DNA of 60,427 nucleotides, counting the filler, from Jimgerdemannia flammicorona (lineage: Eukaryota): NCBI GenBank assembly GCA_003990765.1. It is 3 parts of 3 records of this genome, joined end to end, with 100 filler letters (N's around TTAATTAATTAA, not from the genome) between each part and the next. Parts side by side here need not be neighbours in the genome. Positions count along the whole stretch, not along the records: positions 20,181 to 40,255 come from RBNJ01001769.1; positions 40,356 to 60,427 come from RBNJ01001770.1; 1 more part is not named here. One strand, 5' to 3'. The translations under genes and the position numbers were made by a program. Below, piece after piece: positions 37,851-51,300 of the stretch. The notes beneath the pieces are model-generated. The model saw nothing but the letters and a program-made list of their open reading frames with translations, made no database searches and was not told the origin of the DNA. How positions within the stretch are numbered: position 1 is the stretch's first letter; every line of letters begins with the position of its first letter.

Positions 37851-40255
37851 ATATAAATTGATTGTTACAATTTAATTATTACTACAGTAGTAAAAAAAAC
37901 TTACTAAATAATATAAAATAATTAATCTTTCTCCAAAAGAACCTATTTTGGATATCAGTATATATTAGAACTCAATATTTATAATAATTGAATATATACT
38001 AAAGTTTATTATAGTAGATTATTGATAATAATATTAAAGAATAATATCAGACTTATTGACTAATATTAATTTATTCAAATATAATTTAAGTATTAAATTC
38101 TATAATTATTGTAGATAAAGAAATGTGGGATATAATAATTAAAGAGAGTGAGTGAGAAAAATTAAGAGAAGTTATTAAAGTTTTATAAGTAAGTAAAGAA
38201 GTATTTATCAGATCTAATATTATTTTACTTATCTCTTTTATACTTTTACTCTTTATTTTACTTTAGTATTTTAATAAATATACAAAAGAAGTTATTTGAC
38301 AAAGTTTCTAACAACATATTTTATAATTCTAGTATATAATCTCTTAATTGATCAACTTGAGAACTTATTAGACTCATTGGAGAACAAATATATATATCTC
38401 TTAGGATAGAAGAAAGCCATTGAAGTAGCTCTGAAGAAGCTCAAAAAATTACTCAAAAATAGGTACTTCTGTATTTTCTGTCAGTACTGGTAAGTTAAGT
38501 ATTATCTTCTATAAATTAAATAAGAGGTTTTATTTTTCTAATTATAATTTAAATATCTGATTAGTTTTAGATCTATGAATAAAGCTTCAATATTATAAAG
38601 ATCAAGGCTGGGAAAAGTAATTTATTAAGAAGATAGAATTAATAATTACTAATATATATCAAAGAAACTATATATCTCTACTAAACTTAGACTATGGTCT
38701 GGACAACTATATCAATAATTCTATTATACATATAGTATCTCTATAATAGAAAAATAAAAAGAGATATTTAATAGATAAACTCATAATATATCTATCTACT
38801 AACTAGATAGTCTTATTAGAGAGTACTAGTATATTAGATTAGTGGAAGGTGAGAATTTTAACAATTATCTCTATTAAATATTATAGAATGTTTTTAAGTT
38901 TTTAGCTTTAAAATTCTCTATATTTTAAATTTGCAGATATATCAGATAGACTTTTCTAATTTAAGCAATATAGTATAAGACTATTTAGCTATTTCTATAA
39001 TAAGTACACTAGTTAAAAGAATATTTTCTAGTAATAAAGAACTTATTATAATAAAGAGATATTTTCTTAAAGCTGAGACTATTTAAACATATATATCTAA
39101 AATTTTAATAGAGCCCTATATCTTTATTTTAACTTATTATAACTATATATATAGTATTTAGTAGAGAATCTTTTAGAAAAGTTAAATTAGTTTAAGTTAA
39201 TATTTTATTAATTATATATAAATATATCTTAAGCTTTATTTACCTGGAGTATAGATTAGAGAATTTGTTAATCAGAGAATTTATTAGTCATTAAGATTGC
39301 TTTTTCTTAGTTACTTAGAGAGTATAAGATAATATTAATATATTAAAAGAAAAACTTTAAAATTCTAAAAGAAAATGAAAAATTGAAATTATGATTTTAT
39401 AGTAATTAGAAAAGACTTAAATTAATAGTCTAAATAATTTAATATTATCAAAACAGAGAATAGTAGAGACCTGTATAGATCACATAATAGATAATTGAGT
39501 AATTTCTAAATTCTATCTAATCAGGGTAATCTGGTGACACTTATCTAAATTATAGGTCATAATATAACTATTTTACTATATATAAGTTCTTAGTCTCTTA
39601 TCTTAAGATATATAGTATAGTAAAATCATCATTTATAATTTTATATTATATGTGATACTATCTGATAGATATTAGTAAATAGAATAAGAGAATACTGCCT
39701 TCTTTCTATATACTTATTAATAGTATATATCTCAATCTCTCTTATTATATATACTATATTAACTGGACAGCTAATTACTATCTAATATTTGACTAGTACT
39801 ATCTCATCTCTATCAGTATAATAATTAAAGATAATAATAGTTACCAAGTCTTTTGGATCTTCACTCTTATCTGAATGAAATTTCAGCTACTCTTATTTGG
39901 ACTTATAAGATATTAATATTATATAATACTATAGTCAGAATAATCATATTTAAAATCATAGTATCTCCAACTCATCATTATCTAGATATGGATCAATTTG
40001 AACATTATAATACTATTGAAAGATATCTGAAAAGTAATATCAAAACAGTCTATAGAGATATTCAAATAGTAGTGTAAGAGTTTCTAGTAGCTGTTAAGTA
40101 AGTCTTTCTTATATTCAGTAATATAGATAATAGAGATCACAGGATAGCTTTAGTGGATTATTCTATTACTTCTATAGTCTAAACTGAAAACTCATAAATC
40201 TCTCACTATTGTAGTAATTATAATATAGTTATAACTTATTGATAACAATACTCAT
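37851..40255. other. Extremely AT/TpA-rich decayed repeat DNA, origin unrecognisable
   Basis: Essentially no CpG and no recognisable motif. Confidence 0.5.
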
Positions 40256-40355
40256 NNNNNNNNNNNNNNNNNNNNNNNNNNNNNNNNNNNNNNNNNNNNT
40301 TAATTAATTAANNNNNNNNNNNNNNNNNNNNNNNNNNNNNNNNNNNNNNNNNNNN
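40256..40355. other. Artificial contig linker
   Basis: N44-TTAATTAATTAA-N44. Confidence 0.98.
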
Positions 40356-42300
40356 CCGCCTTGCAATTCCACAGCTCTCTTCAACCACCAGGCTCTCAAG
40401 CAGTGCAGCCTCTTAGGGAAATCCACCAGGCCAAGACCTCCCCTGACTACCGGTCTCGCAAGAGTGTCCCAACTGATCTGGGACCTCCTCCCCGCCCAAA
40501 TCCAATCCCTAGCCACCTTCACGAGCTTCTTCACCACTCATGCCGGGAAGTCCAGATGATATGCCACATACCACAGCATAGGGAACCAATACACATTCAG
40601 AATCGACACCCGCCCCGCCAAAGAGATATGGCGGCCTCCCCAACCTCGAAGGGCCTCCCCCCAACTATGCACCTTGCTCTCCCACCACACCCTTGGCAAG
40701 ACAGAACCATAGACAGAGAGGAAGATGCCCAGATATCGCACCACCTCACCCGTAGGGACAATTGTTCCAATGACGTCCCCACCCACCAACCCATTCCCTA
40801 GCACCATTGTCTCACACTTATGCCAGTTGAGTTTCGCCCCAGGTCATCCTCCTCAGTGCCTTTCTCTAGCCAAACTACTTTGCCTGCTTCTGGGCATTCC
40901 CAATGAACATTTGCCACTCCGGCTATATTAACCCCCTCCAACTGGGTCTCTGGTACCACCTTGATAACCTCCTCAAAGCTCCCCATGGTCACCTCCTCCT
41001 TATCAGCCCACTTCCCCTTTACTGGTGCATGAGTAGAGTTCTCCACTCTCCCTAGTTGCAAAAAGGACACCTCAGCCATCTCCACCTCTTCCATCTGATT
41101 TTTAGCCAACTCCGCTCTTTCCTTTTCCTCCTTTTCCGAGCCCTGGAGGACCGTCTGCAGGCACTCCCAGTTTGCCCTTCACCACCTCTTCCTCCTCCCA
41201 TTGGTCGGGATCCAGATCTAGTCCTTAGCAAACTCCTCCCATCTCCTCTTCTGCAATTCCTTTGCAGCCTCTCTCTCTTCAAAGGCAACTAGCAATTCCT
41301 CCTCCTCCTGTTCAGAACCCTTCCTTCTCCACACTTTGCACTCCTGCCCTCTGACACAAATCACTTCTGGCCAGTCCCTCCCTTGCCCTGTGGCCTCCTT
41401 GCCCTCCAGTCTCACCATCATCTCGCAATTGCCATTTCTTAGCTTGGTCCCCTCCCAGAACATGAATCCGAAGTCGAGCATCTCGCCAAATGCCCCCAGT
41501 GCCTTCGCCACCATTTCTTTGGTCTCCTGTCTCCCCAATGTTGGCAGCCCTTCAACCACCAGACACACTGCCCATGGGTCCCACCTCAGGCACCTCGCCA
41601 TGTCTACCTTGATACTCTTGATGACCAGCCCTTTCTCCAGGGCCTTCACCATCTCCTCCTCCTCAACAAATCCTATCTCAACTGCCTCTGCTGATGGGAT
41701 GAACTTCAGTGACTCTGCCCCTGCAATCTCCTCCCCCACTAGCCGCAAGACCTCTCTAGCAGATATCTCCAGCCCCAAAAAATTTGCGGAGATGGCCCAC
41801 GTCGACACTGACTTATGGAAGAAGGGATGCACCACCAGTTCACCAGAACCTGCTGCCATCATTGCCTTCTTCTTGTTCTCTGACACTCCAGCAGTTACCC
41901 CAGCCACTGGTCCAGCCCCAGGAATACCAGTCCTAGCCACACCACTTCCAGACCCCTGGCCCCTGGCAGGCACCTGACCAGTCACCTGACCAGTCACCTG
42001 GCCGGTCACCTGACTCCTACCCCTGTCAACACTACGTCCCTCCTGCCCTGCCTCCATGGGCCTAGTAGCCGCCCTCCTGCCCCCTATCACCATGTACCAA
42101 CTCTCAATATCAGCCTGCCTCCCCAGACGACCTGCTCCTCTAGCCCCTACACCAGTCCCTACACCTCCACCAGCCCCAACTGTTGCCGCAAAACTCTTAG
42201 GGAGACCTAGACCAGGCCTCCTTCTCTCTAAACACTCAGAGCTTGATGAACCCTGGGTTACCATCTGATGAAAACTCCACCGAAACAGATGAGACTTGTT
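40356..42300 (-). mobile_element. Internally deleted L1/Tx1-like LINE: ORF1 (41218-42264) and late ORF2 fragment (40356-40807)
   Basis: VRYLGIFLS, SLAGRVSILN and ISWDTLARPVVRGGLGL are post-RT motifs of L1/Tx1. Endonuclease and the RT core are absent. Confidence 0.85.
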
Positions 42301-43184
42301 GTATGCTATAGCTAGACTCCTGTCACACCTTGTACACCAGAATAGGCGACAGGAAAACTTGAGAACATGTTGCTTGTCATGAAAAGATGTCTGTGTGGCT
42401 TAGCTTGCTCTGAATGGTTTGAGCAAAAGAAGTCCCATCAAAACAGCCAAATAAGGCCTGGCCACTTGGCCAACTAGCCAATCCATAAATTTAAGGCCAA
42501 GCCACCCTGGCCAGCCATTGGCCATATGGTCAGCCATCTGGGAATTTTGCTGGACAATATTTTTACAGACACAGATTTTCTATAAATCAACATAAAAATC
42601 CAGGTTTCTGCCAAGTGCCGTGAAAACACAGATTAAAATAGCATCTAACCTCGGCCCATTGCATTCCTTTAGAAAGTGGCATTTGCTTGACATAATAAAA
42701 GCCGAGTGAGCCGCAATATAATTAATGTAATTCTATACTAGAAGTCAATGTATCTCCCCAATATGATTTTTGGGTCAAAATAAAATGGTACAGATGGCAA
42801 TTAATTATGTCCATTCAGGGGCATGTCACCATATACGTAAACGACTTGTACTCTTTGTTAGTTATATGCATGTCAAATTCTGTCCTAAACCTGGGACACA
42901 TTGCCAATATGTCTTAGTATCAGCGACTATGGAGAAGCGGGTGCTTGTGACAAAGTGAGTGGGAGCCGCGGGAGTGGTGTCCGTAAGTAAGTGGAAAGTA
43001 GATGAAAATGCGAGAACGCCGAAATGGCACTTTGACCAACCTTATCAACGCTGCGCTACGGTTAGATAAAACCCTTTCCGCAGTCAAACCACGCCCAGCC
43101 CAACCAAACTCCTTTATTTCACACCCATACCAACCAAACCTCCCTATATCCCCTATATCTCCTATATCTCTCACTTTTATAAAC

Positions 43185-46182
43185 ATGGTCGACCAATCCG
43201 ACAGCGGTTTTAGTCTCAAGGACAATATCGCTTCCATCTGGAAAGACTCAACTTACCACGATGTGACCATTGTCTGCGCTGACGGCGTCGAGCTAGGCGC
43301 ATGCCGTGCCATATTTGCTTCAAGGTTTGTTCGATTTCGATTCTCTCAGCACTTTGTAGCTTTCCATGACACTTTGTTTATCCCTTATTTCACGTGATTT
43401 CTTAAAAGATGCCCGGTCTTCAAGGCGATGCTGTACGGAAACATGCGAGAGGGTTCCTCTCATCGCGTCGTCCTCAACGACATCACCTCCACGGTGCTCA
43501 ACATCGTCCTCGGGTTCATTCACACCGAGACCATCGACAACGCCGCCATACTTTCCATCGCGGTAGGAATATACCGCGCGGCAAGCTTTTTCTACTCCAG
43601 AAGCTCATGGACATGGTACTGGAACGCGCGCACGACCTCGCTGATTCTGGCGTCGCCTCATCGCTTCTCAACGAAGCTGTCGCCGCCATCCCCTGGAGTG
43701 AAGTCCACAAGGACCTCTACGACGTGCTCCTCAACACCTTCCGCACTCATAAACTCGCCATCGGTGAGCTGTCTGACCTATCCGAAGAGTCCCTCGAGCT
43801 GCTCCTCACCGAGAGAGCCACTCTTTCCACACCCGAGCATGACTTATTGTTTACTGGTTCTGGCGACGCAACGAGAACACGCCGTCGGCTTCGGAGTGCC
43901 GTGCAGTTCTGCATGACATTAATGATATGAGTGCAGGACGCCCTGGCACGATCTGGCCAGGAGACGGCGCATCGCGCGCCTTGATGCTCAAAATGATGAG
44001 CCACTTCGACCTCACGCTTGTTTGCCCGCCTCGGCTCAAGACCTTTACGGAGACAGTTGACACGTTTGCGGAAACATCTCCGCATTACATAGCGTTTTGC
44101 CATCAACCCTGCAAGAACACCATATGCCCTACGCGTCAGATACTGCCTGACATAGATCATGACGTAGGAGATTTCCAAATATTCCACTGGAAAATCGAAA
44201 GTTGGCGTGCTCTGACTGGTAGGATTCTCAGCCCAGAATTTGAGGCGGGCGGTTGGAAATGGTATGCATGCTTTACCTCTATATGTATTCGCATTCGAAC
44301 TATCAGGTGAAACTTTGCATAGTCAACAGGGGTTTCAACCGTTTATCCCGCACATGCAGGAATATTCTGCTCTACCCTCTTGGTAACAACCAGGAAGAGT
44401 ATACCTCCATGTATCTTCAACTCGCCGACCCCGGGCCGGCCGAGCAGGAAAAGTATTCGTGCGCTCAGTTCGGGTTGGTGATGTCTAACCCGTTCGATCC
44501 GACCCAATTGGAGCATCACAATTCTCACCACCGATTTGGTGCGGACGAGCCCGACTGGGGTTTCACCCGATTCTACAATATCAACGAGATTTTTCAGCCA
44601 AATAACGGGCGCTCACATCCCTTGGTTGACGATGACCAGACTGTCATCTCTGCTTTTGTGCGTGTCTTGAAAGACCCAACTGGGGTACTATGGCTCAACT
44701 TTGTTAGGTGAGTATTCCTTGTGGGAAAATGTCGTGAATCCATTCCTTGCTATTGTAAATGAAGCTCATTTTTTGCAATTTTTTTACCTAGCTACGACTC
44801 CAAAAAGGTCACCGGTTTTGTCGGTCTCATTAACGAGGGAGCGACTGATTACTTGAACACGGTCGTGCAATGTTTATATATGATAAAATACTTTCGTAAA
44901 TCCGTCTATAAGATGATCCCAACGGAATCGGACGAATCCACCAAGAACGTTGCCTTGTCACTACAGCGCGTGTTTTATAATCTCCAGTTCTCGGAAGAAG
45001 CTGTTGGTAGGTAGGCGCTAGGTTGTTAAGTACAGGAAAGGCCGCTGGAACGGCTTTTATAAGTCCGCTAATATCATTTAAGTAGGGGAAAGTTTTGATT
45101 ACACTCCCTGTTTAGTTAACGAACAACGATTATGGCATACGTCATATATGATTAGGCACAACAGAGTTGACAAATTTCGGTACATCTATTGCGTGCGACT
45201 TTCTGGAGTTTAACTGTATTTTGCAGGAAAACCTGGAGTCAAAAATGAAGGTGTGTAGTGAATGCTACGTTGTTGGGCAAGTCGATGCCAGGTTCTATGC
45301 CACAATACGTCTATGTGACGATACTCCTGCCATTTTTAGAACACGCCGGCTGATGGCGACATGGAGAAACTTTTCGTCGGCAAGATAAAGACTTATTCCA
45401 AGAACATTAACGCCGATGTCGAGTTCTCGCGTGTGGACGACTTTTATAGTAAGCTGGGAATGCGTTACCTTTGGATCACCAATGTACTTGAATATTGATC
45501 CTTGGTGCCTTCTGATTTCGCAATATATTAGACATTGTGCTCAACGTGAGAGGATGCAAAAACCTATATGAATCTTTCGTAATGTTTGTGGCTGAGTACA
45601 TGACAGAAGACTTCAGGAAGTGTGACTATTTCGAGAGCTTTCCGCCCGTGCTATATGTACAACTGAAGCGGTTTGAGTATGACATTTCAAGGGATATTAT
45701 GGTCAAGGTGAGTCCGTGATATAGTGACCCCTGGATAATAGACGCTTCGTTTCGAAATTGAATTGTCCGTCCTTCTGAAAAGATTTAACCATGCCGTCGG
45801 TGCTTAGATTAATGACCGCCATGAATTTCCACCTGAAATCGACCTCGAGGAGTTTCTTTCTCCCACCGCTGATAGAAGCAGACCGCACAATTATCTCCTT
45901 CATGGGTAAGAGTGTTTGGTCAGAAAACTTACAGTTAAAGGCAACACCCTCTGTATTTTTTGCATGCTTGCTTTTGATGACATGTCACTTTTCACATTCA
46001 GCGTCATAGTACATAGCGGTGGTCTCCACGGTGGTCAATACATTGCTTTTCTGAAGCCAGAAAAGGACAGCAAGTGGTTCAAGTACGATGGTGACCGCGT
46101 TACTCCTGTAACGGACTGTGAAGTGTTTCAGGATAACTATGGGGGTGAGGCATCCAATGTCAACCAACTCAGAGCCCTATGA
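43185..46182 (+). pseudogene. BTB-(BACK-like)-MATH-USP7/Ubp15-like fusion, catalytically dead; exons 43185-43324, 43409-44261, 44360-44707, 44792-45006, 45156-45250, 45340-45448, 45532-45707, 45808-45905, 46002-46182
   Basis: BTB DVTIVC...SRCPVFKAMLYGNMRE; MATH DWGFTRF...KDPTGVLW; USP GLINEGATDYLN and HSGGLHGGQY. Frameshift near 43590 and probably another near 43850-43920. GT-AG sites are intact. Confidence 0.8.
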
Positions 46183-46184
46183 CT

Positions 46185-46745
46185 CAGAATACTGGCCACT
46201 ACACTACCCCACTCTCTGCCAGCCAATTGAAAGGTCTTACTGAGATAATATCTGCTCCAATTCCAATAACTGCCCCCTGTCTGATATATGACTAGTTTGC
46301 TATAATTATCCTTTCTTCTATCTATGATGGCTCTATATTAGAACTATACTCACTGGAAAGCTCACCAAAGCTCAGAGGGCTCTATCACAGATACTGACAA
46401 TCTGTAGATAATTTATACTGATACTTGATACCCAAGGTTGGCTGATTTTCTATATAGTTCATGATATACTAAGATGATATCTTATTGATAATAATAAAAG
46501 GAAGAAAATGTTATACTAAAACAGATATATCTCAGATATAGTCAGAGGTACCAGAAATTACCAAAAAGTGAAAAAGACAATGATCTGATATCAATAAAGG
46601 GGTAACTTATTACTATTGTCTCTCTTTTACATATTATATCTTTATAGATATAGCAAATCAATCTGAGATAGAGAGGGTAAAAGTAGATAACTTAGAAGAT
46701 TGTTTACCAAAATTTTGTAACTGATATAGTAGCAGAAAAAGAAGC
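46185..46745 (-). mobile_element. Heavily decayed LINE fragment, same family as 1640-2835
   Basis: Colinear with ~2200-2835 with pervasive C->T/G->A changes. It abuts the end of the USP-like gene. Confidence 0.8.
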
Positions 46746-48341
46746 CAATAGTTTTATTCTCTATATTCTCTTATATAATAATAATATATATTAATGTGTT
46801 TGGTTTTACTATAATAAATAGAGTTCTTTTTTATAATAATTGTAAATTGGATATTCTGATGAATGAGCATAGAGTACTTCTGATCAAAGTTGAGCTCCTT
46901 TAATAGCTAGTATAGCTAAATGACTTTTTTGTTACTGTGAATAATACTTAATACTCTACTTACATAGATGATATTACTACTGAGCTCTATTTATATGTTT
47001 GCCAAGATATAATCTCTTTGTTTAACTGAAAGTAGTACCTAGTTATAGATCAGCAATTATCTAATTCTCTAGTCCAATCAGCATCATATATGCTGAATAG
47101 TTATATACTATTATCCTTACTACTCTATCTCAATCTACTGAGGGTGAGTATTGTGATGAGCAATAGAATTATACCGCTGAATTCATAAATTAGCTATATA
47201 CCATATCTAATGCACTAAGTAATCAAGACTGCTTTACTGTACCAACTTGTATAATTAGTTAGAGATACTAGAAATAGTATGTTTATCTATACTAAGTGGG
47301 TATACTATACTGAGTAGATATATTGTACTAAGTGAGTACACTGTACTATCTAGGAATATATGCTATAGATACATAGTAATCAGATAGTAACTATAGCTAT
47401 ATAAAATACTCCAGAGACAAAAGTGAATAAATCTCATTCCAAAATTTAAACCCAAAGCAAAAGACAAGTCTGCCTACTACACTTTGAGAGAAACTCTACA
47501 GCCACTACTAGAAGATTGTGAGCTTTGCTATTTCTATTTCTACTATGGTCTACTTTTCAATACAAAGAATGAGTCTGTTTTTCCAGAAAAGTTCATTTTT
47601 TGATTTACTTACTAGATAAGCCTGAAGAAATCTACCAAGTTCAAGGAAGAACTTTGCCACCATTTGAGTAATCTGCCACTTAAGGAATAAGCTGCTGTTT
47701 TTAAGAGAAGTCTGCTACATTTTGATTTGCTTATTAGATAAGCCTGAAATTATCTTATCACAAAGCTAGTCTTGTGATACAACTTTGCAGTAATTCATTC
47801 ATATAAACAAAGCCAGTCTTTATGTAACTTTACTAAGAGAAGAGAATTTGAGTTATTTAAGAAATCTGTCAATTTAGGAAAAATCCATATTATCTGCTAT
47901 TTTTGAGTTATTCACTATATTTCTAGAGAGTCTACTATTCTTACCATAAGCCAGTCTTTGATATAACATACCAAGAGCCTGCATCTCTACCACCCAAGTT
48001 ATTCATCTATTCTTAGTGAGAAGAATCTGTCTTTATTCAAGAAGCCTGCCAATTCAGAAGAATCTATGCCAAATTGAGTTATCTGTCAGAAATCACATAT
48101 TTTTAAAGAATACTTATACCATACAAATTGCTGCTATATCCAGAGAACCATCCTAATAAGGAAATTGACACACAAACTAACTACTATATCTAGATTGACT
48201 ATTATATCACTAAACACCAACAAGGATCTCAGAAAACTTAGAAAATTTTATTGCTTTTAACAAAGTAACTGAGTGCTTAAGTCAAACTATATCAACCTCC
48301 AACCTTGTAATTTGTCTCTATTAAGCCAGGCATGTTACATT

Positions 48342-48358
48342 TGGGGGCTCAACTGAGA
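48342..48358 (+). promoter_or_regulatory. PBS of element D, tRNA-Pro type
   Basis: TGGGGGCTCAACTGAGA versus the canonical tRNA-Pro PBS TGGGGGCTCGTCCGGGA. Confidence 0.75.
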
Positions 48359-51300
48359 AGATTTCAAAATTAATATAACTTTTCAGCTCATAAGAACTTA
48401 TAGTCAAACTGGATACATTTGATATAACACCAATCTCTGCCTTTATAGGAGAACCAGTTATTACCAGCATTTGGACAGAAAGAGAAGTAATCATCTTAAG
48501 ACTTACCAACTATCCAGTATCAGAAGGATCTCAACCAGAAACCAGTATAGTACAGAACCTTAGATCAGTATCAACAGGCTTATTACAGGACCAACCAGAT
48601 CAACTAGACAATACAGGCAGCCCTGTTGGAGTCTTTGAAGAACTTGCACAAGAACTAGAAGATTCCATTACATAAGCCTAGTATTCTGCAGTCAGATACC
48701 CAAGAGAGATCCCATCAATCTTATCTATTGAACCTTTACCACCAGTCCTTACAGAATTGGAAGTAGCTCCTTCAAGAATACCTAGACTCATTCCACTTCA
48801 CCTGAGGTCTATAACATCATCTTCAAGATATCTAAGCACTCCCATCTCCAGCAATAGTTCAGAAAGTGAATTAGAGTCAGAATCTGAATCAGAATCCAGA
48901 CCAGAACCAGAATCAGAAAAAAGTGATAAAAAAATAACCACTCTATTGCTGACCTTTACAGGATATCCAGAGGAAGATCCTAGAGAATTTTTTGATAGAA
49001 TTGAGAAAATTGCAGCCCTGAAGAATCTCTCAGATAAAAGAAAAATTGTCATTTACAAGGCTCAGCTCAGAGAACCAGCCAGAGAAATTTTTCACTAAAT
49101 AGCAAAGCAGAAATATAATCAGCAACATCCTATTAGCTGGAATATACATATAGCCATGGTCTATTGGCTTATTGAAAAATATACAGAAAATGAAACTTAC
49201 TACAAGACTCAAGAATCTATCATAAAAATGAAGATGAACCTTAGAGAATCACCCAGAGCCTTCTTTATAATAATTCAGAAGAGAATGTATACAGTCAGAT
49301 TCAATGCCACCAACTAAGACATTATAGATCCAATGACTTTCATGAATGAAATTCCCCCAAACATTGCCCAGCATATCTACACTCTAGGTATCTGAAGGTC
49401 CAAAGAGCAAGTAGATGCAGCTCAAAGATTCTTTGATATCAGACAAGAAACTATCTAGAGTGACTATAACAAAAAGGATGACAAAGAAGACATCCTGGTC
49501 AAAGCCCTACAAGGACTCCTTCAAGGACAGGAAAGATCTGAAGAAAGAAGGTCAGCCAAAGAAGAAAAGAAAAATAGAAGTGAAATTCAAGACCTCAGTT
49601 CCAAGTTGGACTGATTGGTTGAACAGATTGAAAAACTTACTATATGCAAAAATTGGAGTTATTAAGACAACAGAGGATATCCACCACAAAGGGACCAAGG
49701 TTATCCATCCAGAGATAACAAGAACTACCAGCAAGAAGAAAGAAGATACCTTGTCTGAGATAGAGCCCAAGTCCAATGCTTCAACTGTGGACAACTTGAA
49801 CACTATGCTACTGAATATAATAATAGAAGAAGTGACCAAAGGGACTCAGAACCATCAAACTGAAGAAATGAAACCCAGTATAAGAAGACTGAAGCCTATT
49901 CTATTGAAGACTTTGAGAAAGAAAGCAACAGTGGAGACTATAGTGATCTGGACTTGTACCCAGCCAAAGTTACTACCTGAAAGACAGTTTACCCAGCAGA
50001 GAAGAGAAAGAGACCTATAGAAAGAGAAGAATCCAAGAGGAAGATGAAGAGGAGCAAGTAGAAATATCTCTCTGGTCTCTCTCACCTTTTGTCTCTAAGA
50101 TAAATGAGCTGCCCCCAGAGAATGAAGAAATGCAACAAGAAGAATAGGAACCTACTATCCCAAAGCTCAAGAAGAAGTATACCATGAAGACTATGTCTAG
50201 AGATATCTACAATGAAGCCTGGGAAAAGATTCAAGAAGCCAAGATAGAAGTCTCTCTTCTGTAGTTCCTGCAACTAATACCAGCTAGAGTTTGAAACAAA
50301 TTACTGAGAACTACCAGATCAAGCACTGGTCAAGTTCTAATCCCACAGCAAGAGCCAGCTCCCACCCCTATCAAAGCTGTAGAGAGATATGTCAGCACCT
50401 ATCTACATGGAGATATTGGAGGACAAAAGGCGAAAATCCTCATAGATACAGAAGCAGCTGTCTGTGTTATTGCCAAATGATTCCTAGATACCCTCCAATG
50501 GCCCATTGATAGACCATTCAATCTTAGCATCATAGTAGTAGATGGAGCCCAAACTCAACTCCTTAGAGAAGTATGAAACATCACCATCTCCTAGGGACAC
50601 ATTCAGTTCTCCATCTCAAAAGCTGTTATCACTAAAGCTGTCACCTATGTTATAATTCTTAGTATCAACTGAATGAAGGAAATGAATGCAGTTGTTGATA
50701 TTGGTCAACAAGTACTTAAGTTTGACTACTGAGGCAGGAAGTACAGGGTTAAGGTGACCAGCTACATATGAGCAATCAAAGAAGAAGAAGAAAGTCACTA
50801 TCTAGGAAGAATATACCAGCAGTGAAGAATCTACCACAGAAGAGATAGAAGAATCTGAAGATGGAAATGATCTCAGACTCAATCCCTGAATCAATCTGGT
50901 AAATGATAGGCTAAAAGACAATATGTGGGCCAAGAACACTATCCCCATCACTATTGGAGCCATTGCAGGAGAAATCAAAGGATACCCTACCTGCCTCAAG
51001 AGATACAAGTGCCCTGAGCACTCCTCCAAAATCATTGGGACAAGGAATTCGCCTGGCACAGCCTGTTCTGAGTGCAGAAGAAAGAAAAAGAAATGCAGAC
51101 ATATTCCAGAGATACCTACAACCAAAGCTGCATAAGTACAAGCAATTTGGGGTCAAGAATCATCTAAGGAAGAAGAAACCTCTGAATAAGAGGTTCCCAA
51201 ACAAGAAGTACCTGAAGAAGAAGAGGTCCCCAAGCTCATTCTCTGAGATGATCCTTACTGGATACCATCTGAAGATAATGACTCCTGGAATATTGAAAAA

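Noticed and set aside
42262..42305. CTGATGA...GAAA hammerhead-like core near the LINE 5' end
   Set aside because: The intervening AAACTCCACC cannot form stem II, stem III is weak, and the motif is antisense to the LINE.
42440..42540. Cluster of GGCCA/TGGCC motifs
   Set aside because: Possibly DNA-transposon subterminal repeats, but no TIR or TSD could be defined.
46700..46790. Shared fixed 5' end with the 1640-2835 LINE copy (SINE-like family)
   Set aside because: There is no upstream reference, and the decayed sequence may simply continue as LINE ORF2.
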